From a virus (lineage: Duplodnaviria; Caudoviricetes): DNA of 64,000 nucleotides. Of this stretch, positions 27,366 to 37,104 are shown piece after piece (the first letter of the stretch is position 1; each line of letters opens with the position of its first letter). Location: the IMG/VR virus record IMGVR_UViG_3300037067_018912, positions 256,001-320,000 of that record; one strand, written 5' to 3'. The translations under genes were made by a program, and so were the position numbers. The notes below the pieces were generated by a model, which was not told the origin of the DNA, made no database searches, and saw nothing but the letters and a program-made list of their open reading frames with translations.

Positions 27366-27695
27366 ATGAGGTAGGTAAAATTAATAACAGTAACCCGTAA
27401 GGATTTAAAAGACGGTCAACAACTTGTGCAGACCGGGCATTCCATTGCCGAATTCGCACACAAGCATCCCGATCAATTCTCCGATTGGATGCAAAACTCA
27501 CAATATCTTGTTTCGTTATCGACCGATAACGAAGAGAATCTCACAGAAATGTACAATAAATTAAAGTACTATGGTGCTCATGTCGTTGCGTTCCATGAAC
27601 CCGACATTGGTAATCAAATGACTGCGATCTGTTATTTCGGTACGCCGGAGATGCGTAAATTCACACAGAAACTTGATTTGGCACTTAACTATTAA
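27366..27695 (+). CDS. peptidyl-tRNA hydrolase 2-like protein with in-frame TAG at codon 3
   Basis: ATG AGG TAG then VKLITVTRKDL..GQQLVQTGHSIAEF...FHEPDIGNQMTAI (Pth2-like pattern). Confidence 0.75.
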
Positions 27696-27888
27696 ATTTT
27701 ATGGCCATGAAAGACACATAGTTCTCAAACAGACCACCATAATGATGAAATTCGCAATTTGCGAATCACGAATTGCGAAAAACTTCGTTACGCAAAATTG
27801 CGTAACGCTGTAATGCGTAATCTACGTAACGCAAAATACGTAACAAACAAAATGTAAATTACAAAATGTAACATTAATAAACATCATT

Positions 27889-28209
27889 ATGGAAACAATA
27901 GTTGAAATCAATATCAGCAAGATGAAGGCGGACATCAAGGAAAACGCCGAGAAGCAGAAATTCTACAGAAATCAAAGAAAAACCGAGAAATTGGTTGGCG
28001 AAAGGCAAATGCCTGCATGGGAAGCGACATATTCCCATCAAAAAAACAGAAGGAATTTGCGCATCATGTATGCCGCATACGGATTAGCCAAAGGAAAGAA
28101 TTTCTCTCAAATTGAAAATCATTATCCCGAAGAGAACCACCCGTTGAATGAATTACGGTATGAGATCGACAAGATGATGAATGAATACAAGGCCAAAGAC
28201 GGCGAATAA
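27889..28209 (+). CDS. hypothetical phage protein
   Basis: 106-aa ORF followed by a hairpin. Confidence 0.75.
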   Translation: METIVEINISKMKADIKENAEKQKFYRNQRKTEKLVGERQMPAWEATYSHQKNRRNLRIMYAAYGLAKGKNFSQIENHYPEENHPLNELRYEIDKMMNEYKAKDGE

Positions 28210-28300
28210 AAAAAGAGGGGGCATCTGCCCCCTTTTCCTTGCATCTTATTTTAATATGGATTATATTTGAGTAAAATAACTTTATTTTAAACAACGTTAT

Positions 28301-28618
28301 ATGTCATCAGATGTCGATCCCAATGTTAGTTCAATACTGACCCCCGAAGAAATCGAAAAATTCAGTTCAAAGTATCCTGATTTGGCTGAAGCCGCAGAAT
28401 CGGAAGAGAAATCCACAGAAGAGGGTGCTGAAAAAGAACTCACCGAGGAAGAGAAACGTGAGTTGTACGTCAAACAATTGAAAGAGTCCAAAATAAAATT
28501 CAGAAACGTTACGCAGAAAGGCAATAAGACTACAGTCAAGTTCAATGCCGCCTACAAACAGGAGCGGAAACGCAAAAATAAGCAGCAGCGGAAATCCCGC
28601 AAGAAAAACAAAAAATAA
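28301..28618 (+). CDS. hypothetical protein, acidic N-terminus and basic C-terminus
   Basis: 105-aa ORF behind TATATTTG. Confidence 0.75.
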   Translation: MSSDVDPNVSSILTPEEIEKFSSKYPDLAEAAESEEKSTEEGAEKELTEEEKRELYVKQLKESKIKFRNVTQKGNKTTVKFNAAYKQERKRKNKQQRKSRKKNKK

Positions 28619-28619
28619 T

Positions 28620-29531
28620 ATGTCAATCACGGGCACAACAGACCTGCCCGGTTTCACTGGAGACACCAATCCATCCCTGTTAAGTAATCATTACAAAAGG
28701 GTTTTCAAAATCCCCGTTGGTGATATACCGAAGGAAGAGATTGAAGATTACGTCCGTGAAATCGCCAAAAAATTCAAGAATCCATCGGATATCATGCCAG
28801 ATTTGGATTGTGGCATCTATCCAATACCGGATTATGATATTTTCTTACCAACAAGAAACGATATGAGCAATAATTTTTATATGCAGTCTGTCCCCAATAG
28901 TCATTGGTGGCCTAAATTAGGGGGATTAATTGTTTCAATTGAACAACATCTCACCATCTTAGATCGATTGGAAAAGGCTGTGAAAGACAACCAAACATAT
29001 TATGGCGAACTCCTGACCAAGGAACACATCATTATCGGCCTTGAAAATTCAATCAAACACGGATACAAATTAAAACCTGCATCCAAAGACTTAAACGAAA
29101 TTATACAGATCAATGATCCGGTATTCATTTCGATAGAACAAATGATTGAATTTGTGAAAGATGAGGATTTTGATTTCAAAGACTTTCTCATTTTCCTGCA
29201 AAACACCGTTGAAAACAAACTCGACTTGGACAATGGATTGAAGATGTTCAGGCAGGACGTGTATAAGCGGATTGACAAGGAAAGGGATTATCAGGACCTT
29301 CGTTGGAATACAAATCTGCGTGAAGACGAAGTCCCTGACGAAGAAAAACCTGTCTCTGAATGGCTAAATTATATTGAGTTCCACCTGTCCAAGGCCAAGA
29401 ATTGGAATTATCATTTAGACAAGGAAAAATCATTGGCCGAATTACGCAAAGTTGCAGCACTTGCTGTGCGTGCAATGGAAATCCACGGATGTCCGGAAAG
29501 AATCATGAGAGTCCCAAATATTGAAGAATAA
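28620..29531 (+). CDS. multidomain protein with C-terminal MazG-like NTP pyrophosphohydrolase domain
   Basis: IDKERDYQDLRW...EWLNYIE...ELRKVAALAVRAME. Confidence 0.55.
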   Translation: MSITGTTDLPGFTGDTNPSLLSNHYKRVFKIPVGDIPKEEIEDYVREIAKKFKNPSDIMPDLDCGIYPIPDYDIFLPTRNDMSNNFYMQSVPNSHWWPKLGGLIVSIEQHLTILDRLEKAVKDNQTYYGELLTKEHIIIGLENSIKHGYKLKPASKDLNEIIQINDPVFISIEQMIEFVKDEDFDFKDFLIFLQNTVENKLDLDNGLKMFRQDVYKRIDKERDYQDLRWNTNLREDEVPDEEKPVSEWLNYIEFHLSKAKNWNYHLDKEKSLAELRKVAALAVRAMEIHGCPERIMRVPNIEE

Positions 29532-29533
29532 AA

Positions 29534-29893
29534 ATGGACAATATTGATCTTAACAACACACATTGGGATCGTCTTAAAGGATATGTAACCGAACTTCGTG
29601 TGGATGCCCGGTGGTTACTCCGACAGGATAACACGGACAAACCCCTTGGATCGCTGCGCATTGTGTCGCATCCGGATTTGCAACCAGGATACCTGCGTGC
29701 GTTCTTCACCTATGTCACATCTATACGAAAAAAGACCAGGGAGGAGAAAATTAGGACAATCGAGGACTACCAAATGGAAATCGGTGAACTTGAAGTTTAT
29801 TCAATCGGCGAGGATATTAAGACCGAAAACCTGAAACACGAGGCGTCGCTCAAAGACCTTGAAGAAATGTTTAATGTGAAAATATTCGAATGA
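29534..29893 (+). CDS. hypothetical protein
   Basis: 119-aa ORF. Confidence 0.75.
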   Translation: MDNIDLNNTHWDRLKGYVTELRVDARWLLRQDNTDKPLGSLRIVSHPDLQPGYLRAFFTYVTSIRKKTREEKIRTIEDYQMEIGELEVYSIGEDIKTENLKHEASLKDLEEMFNVKIFE

Positions 29894-29910
29894 TTAAACC
29901 AACGTGAAAA

Positions 29911-30855
29911 ATGAAAAACAAAGACACAGATTACGACAGTAGGAGCAAGAACATTACTGAACAATTGGTTAAAGAAGCAATAATGGAAAACAACGAAGAA
30001 AAAAAGAAGGAAAAGGATGCTACGGCAACAACAGGCAAAGGCGGCGGCCTTCGTTTTAATAAAGGAAAATTAAGATACGACCTTGTTGAACCAAGAGCAT
30101 TCCGGGACTTTGTTCAAGTTCTCACCGACGGTGCGAATAAATATTTCGACCGCAATTGGGAGAACGGCCTCACTTGGACATCCGTTATTGCATCACTTAA
30201 AAGACATGTGGCGGCTATTGAAATGGGTGAAGATTATGATTCAGAAAGCGGCAGGCTTCACATTTCCCACGCAGCATGCAACGTACATTTCCTTAATGCT
30301 TTCTATTATATATTCCCACAAGGAGACGACAGGCCAAAACGATTCTTGAAACAACCATACATTGGCTTGGATATCGATGGAGTCTTGGCTGACTTCACCG
30401 GGTCTTGGAACAAAATGTATCCTGAAATACCCAATTCTCCGAATTCATGGTATTTCGACCGAAGGGTTACCGACAGGTTTGAGGAGATGCGTGCCAACGG
30501 CACTCTTGAAGAATTCTACCTTAATATTGAACCTTTAATCAAACCGGAAGAACTACCGTTCGAACCACATTGTTACATCACCTCCCGTCCCGTGCCTACG
30601 GAGATCACAGAAAAATGGCTTGACAAGTTTCACTTTCCCTGTAAGAAGGTGTACAGTGTTGAATTGAAAGGAACGAAAGTGGATGCAGCGAAAGAGGCGG
30701 GAGTTGAAATATTTATTGACGATTCATACGATAATTTTGTTGATCTTAACAACCACGGAGTATTCACCTATCTGTTCACAGCACCGTGGAATGAACGCCA
30801 CAACGTCGGCCACATGCGCCTCAATTCATTGAAAACCATACCCTTACTTCAATAA
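29911..30855 (+). CDS. dATP/dGTP diphosphohydrolase (DUF5664-like) fused to HAD 5'-nucleotidase
   Basis: GKLRYDLV...GANKY..RNWENG...SLKRH...DSESGRLHISHAACN; then LDIDGVLADF, ITSR, FIDD. Confidence 0.82.
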   Translation: MKNKDTDYDSRSKNITEQLVKEAIMENNEEKKKEKDATATTGKGGGLRFNKGKLRYDLVEPRAFRDFVQVLTDGANKYFDRNWENGLTWTSVIASLKRHVAAIEMGEDYDSESGRLHISHAACNVHFLNAFYYIFPQGDDRPKRFLKQPYIGLDIDGVLADFTGSWNKMYPEIPNSPNSWYFDRRVTDRFEEMRANGTLEEFYLNIEPLIKPEELPFEPHCYITSRPVPTEITEKWLDKFHFPCKKVYSVELKGTKVDAAKEAGVEIFIDDSYDNFVDLNNHGVFTYLFTAPWNERHNVGHMRLNSLKTIPLLQ

Positions 30856-30941
30856 GGTTCGAAATATATTTCATTGGTTTCCACTTTTATTGCCTTGTGT
30901 TCAGTATTTATATGTGAACACAGATTTAATAATTGAAACCA

Positions 30942-31418
30942 ATGGACAGCAATCTTGTAAAAGATATTGTCAACGACGTCCACATCAAACCAAGCCGTAC
31001 AAAGGTTGTGTTGAGATGGGTGGTTACCGCATCATTGATGTTGATTGCGGCTGCTTTCATAGTTGGTCAATTCAAGACGTCTTATGTAAATAAGATCAAA
31101 ATCCTTGAAGAACAGATAAGAAAAAATCAAGAAGCCTACGATAAACTGCATCAGGAAATGCATGTTTATATAAACGAAACGAACCAAAAAATTGATAAGA
31201 TTTATGTTGACGCTTATGAGTTTTTCTCTGAATTCAATAGATTTAGGAATGACCAAATTAAATTGATTCTCGATAACTCGACTATACCTAACAAAGAGAT
31301 GCTCAAGAGAATGCTCGATTTGAACACCCGTGAAAACATGAGGAAACTTGAAATGGAATTCAACTCAGAACATCCTGTGGAAGAGTCTCCTGAAAAATCT
31401 GAAAAACATTTGAAATAA
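30942..31418 (+). CDS. membrane-anchored coiled-coil protein
   Basis: N-terminal TM and helical body; GTATTTAT at 30904. Confidence 0.7.
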   Translation: MDSNLVKDIVNDVHIKPSRTKVVLRWVVTASLMLIAAAFIVGQFKTSYVNKIKILEEQIRKNQEAYDKLHQEMHVYINETNQKIDKIYVDAYEFFSEFNRFRNDQIKLILDNSTIPNKEMLKRMLDLNTRENMRKLEMEFNSEHPVEESPEKSEKHLK

Positions 31419-31503
31419 ATCGCTTATGGTGGTAGTGTTTTAGAATGATTGCAGTATTTATTTTAAACGCTTTAAGACAACGTTTAACTAAAAATTTGCA
31501 GTT

Positions 31504-31875
31504 ATGCCGGAAATGATAGTATCGGGGACAGAGTTGCGTACCCTTATAGAAGACGCAATGCGCTTTCGTGACGAAAAAACAAACGGACAATTTAAGGTGA
31601 TCGACACTAAATTGGACGGCATTACACTGAGACTTGATAAGATAAACGGCACTGTCGCCAGTCACGAGAAAATAATAAATGAGAGAGCGATCGTAGTGGC
31701 CGATTACATGGATCACGCAAAAGAAGCGGAGGATATAGAAAAACGTCTGCGTGCTGTGGAAGATACACAATTAACACAGAGATCAATCAAAAAGTGGATC
31801 GTTGGTACGATCGGAGTGACAGGCACTATCTTGGCAATAATAATTGCAGCGTTGCAATTTTTCAATGGTAAATAA
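31504..31875 (+). CDS. coiled-coil protein with C-terminal TM (holin/XhlA-like topology)
   Basis: RLRAVED...WIVGTIGVTGTILAIIIAAL. Confidence 0.6.
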   Translation: MPEMIVSGTELRTLIEDAMRFRDEKTNGQFKVIDTKLDGITLRLDKINGTVASHEKIINERAIVVADYMDHAKEAEDIEKRLRAVEDTQLTQRSIKKWIVGTIGVTGTILAIIIAALQFFNGK

Positions 31876-31935
31876 CACGAAATTGTATTATATTTGATAC
31901 TTTGAGTATTTAATGTAACACAATTAAACGTTATT

Positions 31936-32607
31936 ATGAAGATTTGTATCATATCTGATACCCACAACAAACATAAGTATCTAAAGAATCTGCCAGAGGC
32001 GGATGTGATTGTCCATTGCGGCGACATAACCTCCGTCGGTCGCAACCATGAAGTGGCAAATTTCATGGATTGGTTCTCGGCATTGGATAAATTCAAACAC
32101 AAGATTTTCATCGCAGGCAACCACGACTTTCTTTTCGAAAGGGAGTCAATATATGCCAAGACTCTTGTACCCGACAATGTGATTTACCTTGAAGACAATG
32201 GTGTTGAGATTGATGAAATTCGATTTTGGGGGTCTCCTGTCAGCAAGCCTTTTAATAATTGGGCATTCAACAGGCCGGAGGAGAAACTGTTACAACATTG
32301 GCAGGTAGTCCCGGCGGATACTGATGTATTGATCACCCACACCCCACCATATTCAATAATGGATTGGGTTGATTGGAACAGGAGTCACGAGGGTTCACCG
32401 ACGCTTTACAAAGAGGTTGTTGAAAGGATAAAGCCAAAAATTCATTGCTTTGGAAATATCCACGGTGGATATGGAATGAAAACGTTAGACGGCATTACCT
32501 TTGTAAATGCTTCAAACCTGGATGAGGATTATGTATGTGTGAACGCCCCGATAGTTCTTGAAATTATGTTAGGGGACGTTTATTTTGACGGCAAGATGGT
32601 GATATAA
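31936..32607 (+). CDS. metallophosphoesterase (MPPED/239FB-like)
   Basis: ISDTH, HCGD, AGNHD, LITHTPP, FGNIHG. Confidence 0.9.
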   Translation: MKICIISDTHNKHKYLKNLPEADVIVHCGDITSVGRNHEVANFMDWFSALDKFKHKIFIAGNHDFLFERESIYAKTLVPDNVIYLEDNGVEIDEIRFWGSPVSKPFNNWAFNRPEEKLLQHWQVVPADTDVLITHTPPYSIMDWVDWNRSHEGSPTLYKEVVERIKPKIHCFGNIHGGYGMKTLDGITFVNASNLDEDYVCVNAPIVLEIMLGDVYFDGKMVI

Positions 32608-32648
32608 AAAAAGGGGGTCGAAAACCCCCTTTTGTTTTTTATTAATTA

Positions 32649-33074
32649 TTAGGCAACGGTTTTTGTTACAGTTGCTTTGTCGGGAAGAATCTTCAACAGT
32701 GCAAGCAACTGCCTGATCCATTCAACATTATAAATGACATTAGAACCAGCGGCAAAACTCAACACAATAATTATAAGATTCAGCCAATCGACCCCCGCAA
32801 AAATACCAAGTTGCATAAAATATCCAATGACGGCGACGATTGCGGCGACAACCCAACTTGTGATGCTTCGCCCAAGTGTGGAAAGATTTTTAAGTATATA
32901 CCTCGTGATCACACCTGTAACAACCAAAACACCTGCAGCATATCCTGCAAACGAAGTGAATAGCGACATGATGTCGAAACTCGTTCCAGGTTCAGTCGGC
33001 ACATCCTGTGCAAAAATTGCCACGGGAATCATCAATAGCAGTGTTGCAATAATAAACTTCCAAAATTTTTTCAT
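32649..33074 (-). CDS. multi-TM membrane protein with signal peptide (holin-like)
   Basis: MKKFWKFIIATLLL...; 3 further TMs; minus-strand GTATTTAT at 33114-33121. Confidence 0.7.
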   Translation of the reverse strand: MKKFWKFIIATLLLMIPVAIFAQDVPTEPGTSFDIMSLFTSFAGYAAGVLVVTGVITRYILKNLSTLGRSITSWVVAAIVAVIGYFMQLGIFAGVDWLNLIIIVLSFAAGSNVIYNVEWIRQLLALLKILPDKATVTKTVA

Positions 33075-33177
33075 AACATTTGTTTTTTGAGGATTAATAA
33101 TAATTATTTTCACATAAATACTTGAATATTGTAAAATGATCATTCCACGACTATTTATGTGAAAACATCGTTTTCGT

Positions 33178-33810
33178 ATGAACAGAATTCAAGAAATCAT
33201 TTGTGAGGAAATAGTCAACTACCTGCGAGAAGTCGACGACGAAACCGATTGGGATTTGTATGAAAAATACGATCAAATGAAATCAGAAATCCTGTATGGT
33301 TTTCTTGATGACAAGAAACGGGGTGTAAAAGATCAACCTTGGACTTTAGTCCCATTTGGAAGATTGAAAAAGATTTGGGAAGACTTCATGATATATGGTC
33401 ACGTCCGGGACACAAGAGGATTGGAAATGATCGAAGACATCATTCAAGACAATATAATAAAACTTTATGTGAACACCGAACTCGTCGGCCACACCTCGCA
33501 CGATCCTGATGAAGACTTTGAGGAAGCCGGATTCACTGAACAAGATAAGGAAGAATTTTACAATTACATTAATAAATTCAGTGATTACGCTTTCAGTGAT
33601 TTTGGAGGTCGCAGGTTGGGGTTAACCACGCTGCTCACTCATTTAAGAAAGGCGAGAACCCCGGAGGAGAAAGTTCCAATTATTGATCAGATTTTGAATG
33701 TTATACATCAAACTTCCGATCTTGCAGCATGGTTCGTGGAGGGCGGTTCATCGGCTTTAAGTCAACTCAGCGGTTCACCTTCAGAAATTACCACTTCAAC
33801 TGCTGCATAA
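33178..33810 (+). CDS. hypothetical protein with IICEE N-terminal motif
   Basis: MNRIQEIICEEIVNYLRE. Confidence 0.78.
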   Translation: MNRIQEIICEEIVNYLREVDDETDWDLYEKYDQMKSEILYGFLDDKKRGVKDQPWTLVPFGRLKKIWEDFMIYGHVRDTRGLEMIEDIIQDNIIKLYVNTELVGHTSHDPDEDFEEAGFTEQDKEEFYNYINKFSDYAFSDFGGRRLGLTTLLTHLRKARTPEEKVPIIDQILNVIHQTSDLAAWFVEGGSSALSQLSGSPSEITTSTAA

Positions 33811-33894
33811 AATTTTTCTATAAACCTTGTCTTTTCGATAAAAACCGTCTATTTATGGTTAAAATTATTTTCAACCATAAACATTATTATTAAT

Positions 33895-34221
33895 ATGAAA
33901 ATCAACGAATTATTCGAAGAAATACAAAACAATCTTCTTCCGGAGGAATTGAACGGGGAATTCCAATTGCAAGGGAATTGCATCGTTTGGACTTACAACC
34001 TTGATGATGACAGCGAAGAGATCGATGCTCCTGTTGGAGAAGACGACGATGAATCCAGTTTCAGTTTTGAAGCCACACCTCCTGAAGAATTGTTGCAGGA
34101 AGCATGTGACAAAGACAAAGAATTACTCAATCAATTCTTTGAAGACATTGAGGAATCCGGTAATTGGACGGTATCAGAACCCGAAACGGGAGATTATACA
34201 ATTTCTTTCAAAATTTTTTAA
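33895..34221 (+). CDS. acidic hypothetical protein
   Basis: 108-aa ORF. Confidence 0.75.
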   Translation: MKINELFEEIQNNLLPEELNGEFQLQGNCIVWTYNLDDDSEEIDAPVGEDDDESSFSFEATPPEELLQEACDKDKELLNQFFEDIEESGNWTVSEPETGDYTISFKIF

Positions 34222-34273
34222 GAAATCTCTTGCACATTAATTTTAATTTACTTATTATTGTCAGACTAATCAC

Positions 34274-34741
34274 ATGGGTATGAAACTTTACAAAGCATTA
34301 AAACTGAAGAAGAGTTTGGTGGGGGAAATCGCCAAATTGAAACAACAGATCGCAGGCAAGAACTCCTATATGGTGGGTTCTAAAAATGCTGAAAGCACCG
34401 ATGTGCTCGGTCTGTTTGAAGACCTACAGGCGAAGATCGACAAACTTGTCGGCCTGAAATTTACTATCAATGAAGCCAACAAGGAAATCCAATCGAAAAT
34501 CTACGTTATTGGTGAATATAAGGCATTGATTGCTTTCCTGAACGGTCTTGATGTCACCGAGGGTAGCAAGGCATTCGGTTATTCCGACACCGTCGTAAGA
34601 GAGTACAAAGTCCATATGGACGAAACCAAGCGTGATGATTTGGTTCACGATTTCCAAAAAAGAATCGACGCCATCCAAGAAGAGATCGACGTCTACAATT
34701 ATACCACCGACATTCCTTGGGATGAGGCGGTAGTTGAATAA
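34274..34741 (+). CDS. DIP1984-like coiled-coil protein
   Basis: MKLYKAL.LK...LKFTINEAN...IQEEIDVYNYTT pattern. Confidence 0.6.
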   Translation: MGMKLYKALKLKKSLVGEIAKLKQQIAGKNSYMVGSKNAESTDVLGLFEDLQAKIDKLVGLKFTINEANKEIQSKIYVIGEYKALIAFLNGLDVTEGSKAFGYSDTVVREYKVHMDETKRDDLVHDFQKRIDAIQEEIDVYNYTTDIPWDEAVVE

Positions 34742-34963
34742 AGGCACGGAAGTGTGTTATTATTTGGTTTAAAACAAGATGATTGAGCAGTCTTCGCAAA
34801 AGACTCTACACTATGACGCCATTGGTGCACAATGATATCGAGAACGAAATTCAAAATTCAAGATGCGTCCCATCAAAATTAAAACTTTAAGCCTCAAGCA
34901 TCATTTTTCAACATCTGTTTTTCATCACTTAATGCACACTTCTCTTTTTTTGTTATGTGAAAT

Positions 34964-35326
34964 ATGATCATCCAAGTGAATTCTGTTGATGAAATCAACG
35001 CATTAATACAGAAATACTCCCCCCTTATTGAACTAAAGGCGAAACAGCAAGAACATGTCCCCCTCCTTGCATACGTCTATGATACAGCAATCAATTATAT
35101 TAAAGAGAATTACAGCGGCCTGACCAAAGATTGGAAGGCTTGGACGGTATTCGTGGTAGGCGAGCGGGTCATGTCGGGTCAAATCGCCGAAGTACCTGAT
35201 ATAAAAAAAACCATTGATGACTTTATTGGATATTGGAAATTGAACTATCAACCATATCTTGACGATTTGGCATTGTATTCCAGCGAATTCGATAGAGACG
35301 CCGGGTTCGTCAAAAGTTTCCTCTAA
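34964..35326 (+). CDS. hypothetical protein
   Basis: 120-aa ORF. Confidence 0.7.
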   Translation: MIIQVNSVDEINALIQKYSPLIELKAKQQEHVPLLAYVYDTAINYIKENYSGLTKDWKAWTVFVVGERVMSGQIAEVPDIKKTIDDFIGYWKLNYQPYLDDLALYSSEFDRDAGFVKSFL

Positions 35327-35395
35327 TAAAAAATCGGCAACTTATCTTCCGATAAACTACCGATCCGTAATATAATCCTCCGAAAATCGTCTGAT

Positions 35396-35572
35396 CTAAT
35401 AATCACCCATCGCTTCGATCTCTTCCAACCACGCTTCAAGCCTTTCTTGTTGTGCCTCAAGTTTGTTCCGTTTTGTTTCGTCGATACCCATTTGCGTCCA
35501 TACATCGACTTTATCTTTTTTGATCTTGATCTTCTCGTTCAAAATCTTGACGTGTCCATCTTTCTTGCTCAT
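35396..35572 (-). CDS. small hypothetical protein (MSKKDGHVKILNE...)
   Basis: 58-aa ORF; minus-strand GTATTTAT at 35606-35613. Confidence 0.6.
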   Translation of the reverse strand: MSKKDGHVKILNEKIKIKKDKVDVWTQMGIDETKRNKLEAQQERLEAWLEEIEAMGDY

Positions 35573-35669
35573 AATGTCAAATTTTTAGTGTTGGATTATT
35601 TTCATATAAATACTGAAAACCTTGCAATCCACACCATTTTTCGTTACATTTGTTAATCAAAATATCGTT

Positions 35670-35879
35670 ATGGAAAGATATGTCAAGTACAAGAGGTTCA
35701 CAGGGACATTCAACGAAACAACAATGCAGGAGTTTTTCGATAAGTTGACTGCCGATGGTTGGGAAATTATTCATTATAATGAAGTCCAACAACCCGCCGG
35801 AATGTTGACCAACGCTCCAACCGATGTTATCATTCATCTTACCGTTATAGGCGGCAAAAGACAAAGCGACGTGATATGA
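35670..35879 (+). CDS. small DUF4177-like protein
   Basis: FFDKLTADGWEIIHY. Confidence 0.55.
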   Translation: MERYVKYKRFTGTFNETTMQEFFDKLTADGWEIIHYNEVQQPAGMLTNAPTDVIIHLTVIGGKRQSDVI

Positions 35880-36049
35880 GTAAGGATTCAGGATGCCTGG
35901 TTGAAACAAAATCAGGCAAGCAAGGCAGGACTTATCACCGTGAGGGTCTTGTGAACAAGAAGATGATTGTGCACCTCGATATCGACGGCAAAGACGTTAA
36001 GATGTTGTGCGACCCCAAAACAGTGAAAATAGTCGGATACGTCGATTAA
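35876..36049 (+). CDS. small hypothetical protein
   Basis: 57-aa ORF overlapping the previous stop (ATGA). Confidence 0.6.
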   Translation: MSKDSGCLVETKSGKQGRTYHREGLVNKKMIVHLDIDGKDVKMLCDPKTVKIVGYVD

Positions 36050-36091
36050 CCATTTCCGGCTATTGAACGTATTTATAATAAATATGTTCCG

Positions 36092-36658
36092 ATGTCGAAT
36101 AACAGACTACTCCGGATAATCAATGAGGAAATCCATAAATTTCTTGAGGGTTCTTATGAAGGTAAGGGCGTTGGTGATAAGTATTTTGACAGACTGACGA
36201 GTCAAGCCAAATCTACCGAACAACTCAAGAATCTGCCGGAATACAAACTCAGCGGCAAATTAGTTGGATTGATAGGTGAAAGCAGAGGTAGATTGCTATC
36301 CAAAGCAATTCCTGTCTATCTCAACCCGGAAAACCTTGATGGATTCGAATCATCTGTCAGGGGTGTTCTAACAAGTGATCTTGACATTTATCTCGCACAA
36401 GGTGCTGAGATTCTTCACGAAGACCTTTTCCCTTTTCTTTACAAGATTGGTGCAATACAAACTAACCCTGGAAGGGAATATGGTTCAATTCTCTCCCCTG
36501 AACACGTTGGAATCGTAAGAGTTTACAATTCAAAAGTCTTTATGCAATCAAACGCATACCACGACATTACTGTTGAATACAGGAAAATGTTTGGTGAGGC
36601 TAATGTGAAATACGGAGGTAGATATGTATTTCATATCGTTCCATCGAAAAAAGAATAA
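36092..36658 (+). CDS. IINEE-motif protein, paralogous to the C-terminal domain of 44287-48147
   Basis: GVGDKY...NPENLDGFESSVRGVL vs GVGDVY...NPNSLDGLGKSVRGVI. Confidence 0.78.
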   Translation: MSNNRLLRIINEEIHKFLEGSYEGKGVGDKYFDRLTSQAKSTEQLKNLPEYKLSGKLVGLIGESRGRLLSKAIPVYLNPENLDGFESSVRGVLTSDLDIYLAQGAEILHEDLFPFLYKIGAIQTNPGREYGSILSPEHVGIVRVYNSKVFMQSNAYHDITVEYRKMFGEANVKYGGRYVFHIVPSKKE

Positions 36659-36664
36659 CTGGAT

Positions 36665-37054
36665 ATGATGAAAGGGGCAACAAGAGATAAAGTCTTGACC
36701 ATCCTGAAATGGTGTCAGGAAAGATTCGGAAAATCCCCATATAAGAAAACATTCCCCCTTTTAAGGGTCTACAAAACCTCTGGGTTCTATGCTGACAACG
36801 ACAAATTCAATAAATGTGGCCAATACTGTTCGGTCACCAGCATAATTACAATTTTTCTAAAATCAAATAATTCGTATAAGGAACTCTGTGGCACAGTCCT
36901 GCACGAATACAAACACTACCTTCTGAACACTACTTTCAGTAACAAACAGATCAAATCGGGAAAACAACATCCCCACGAAAAAAACTGTAACAGGTTTGAA
37001 AAGAAATGGAAAGATGTTTGTTTCAATGAGTTGAAAGATAAACTTCTTTCCTAA
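36665..37054 (+). CDS. HExxH zincin-like protein
   Basis: TVLHEYKHY...HPHE. Confidence 0.65.
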   Translation: MMKGATRDKVLTILKWCQERFGKSPYKKTFPLLRVYKTSGFYADNDKFNKCGQYCSVTSIITIFLKSNNSYKELCGTVLHEYKHYLLNTTFSNKQIKSGKQHPHEKNCNRFEKKWKDVCFNELKDKLLS

Positions 37055-37104
37055 GATTTGTAACATCCCTCCCGTTTTTCCGTATCATTAAGAAAAACAA
37101 GATT

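Noticed and set aside
29911-30855. Evidence for a 2-aminoadenine (Z) genome
   Set aside because: No purZ is in the window, and this hydrolase family alone is not diagnostic.
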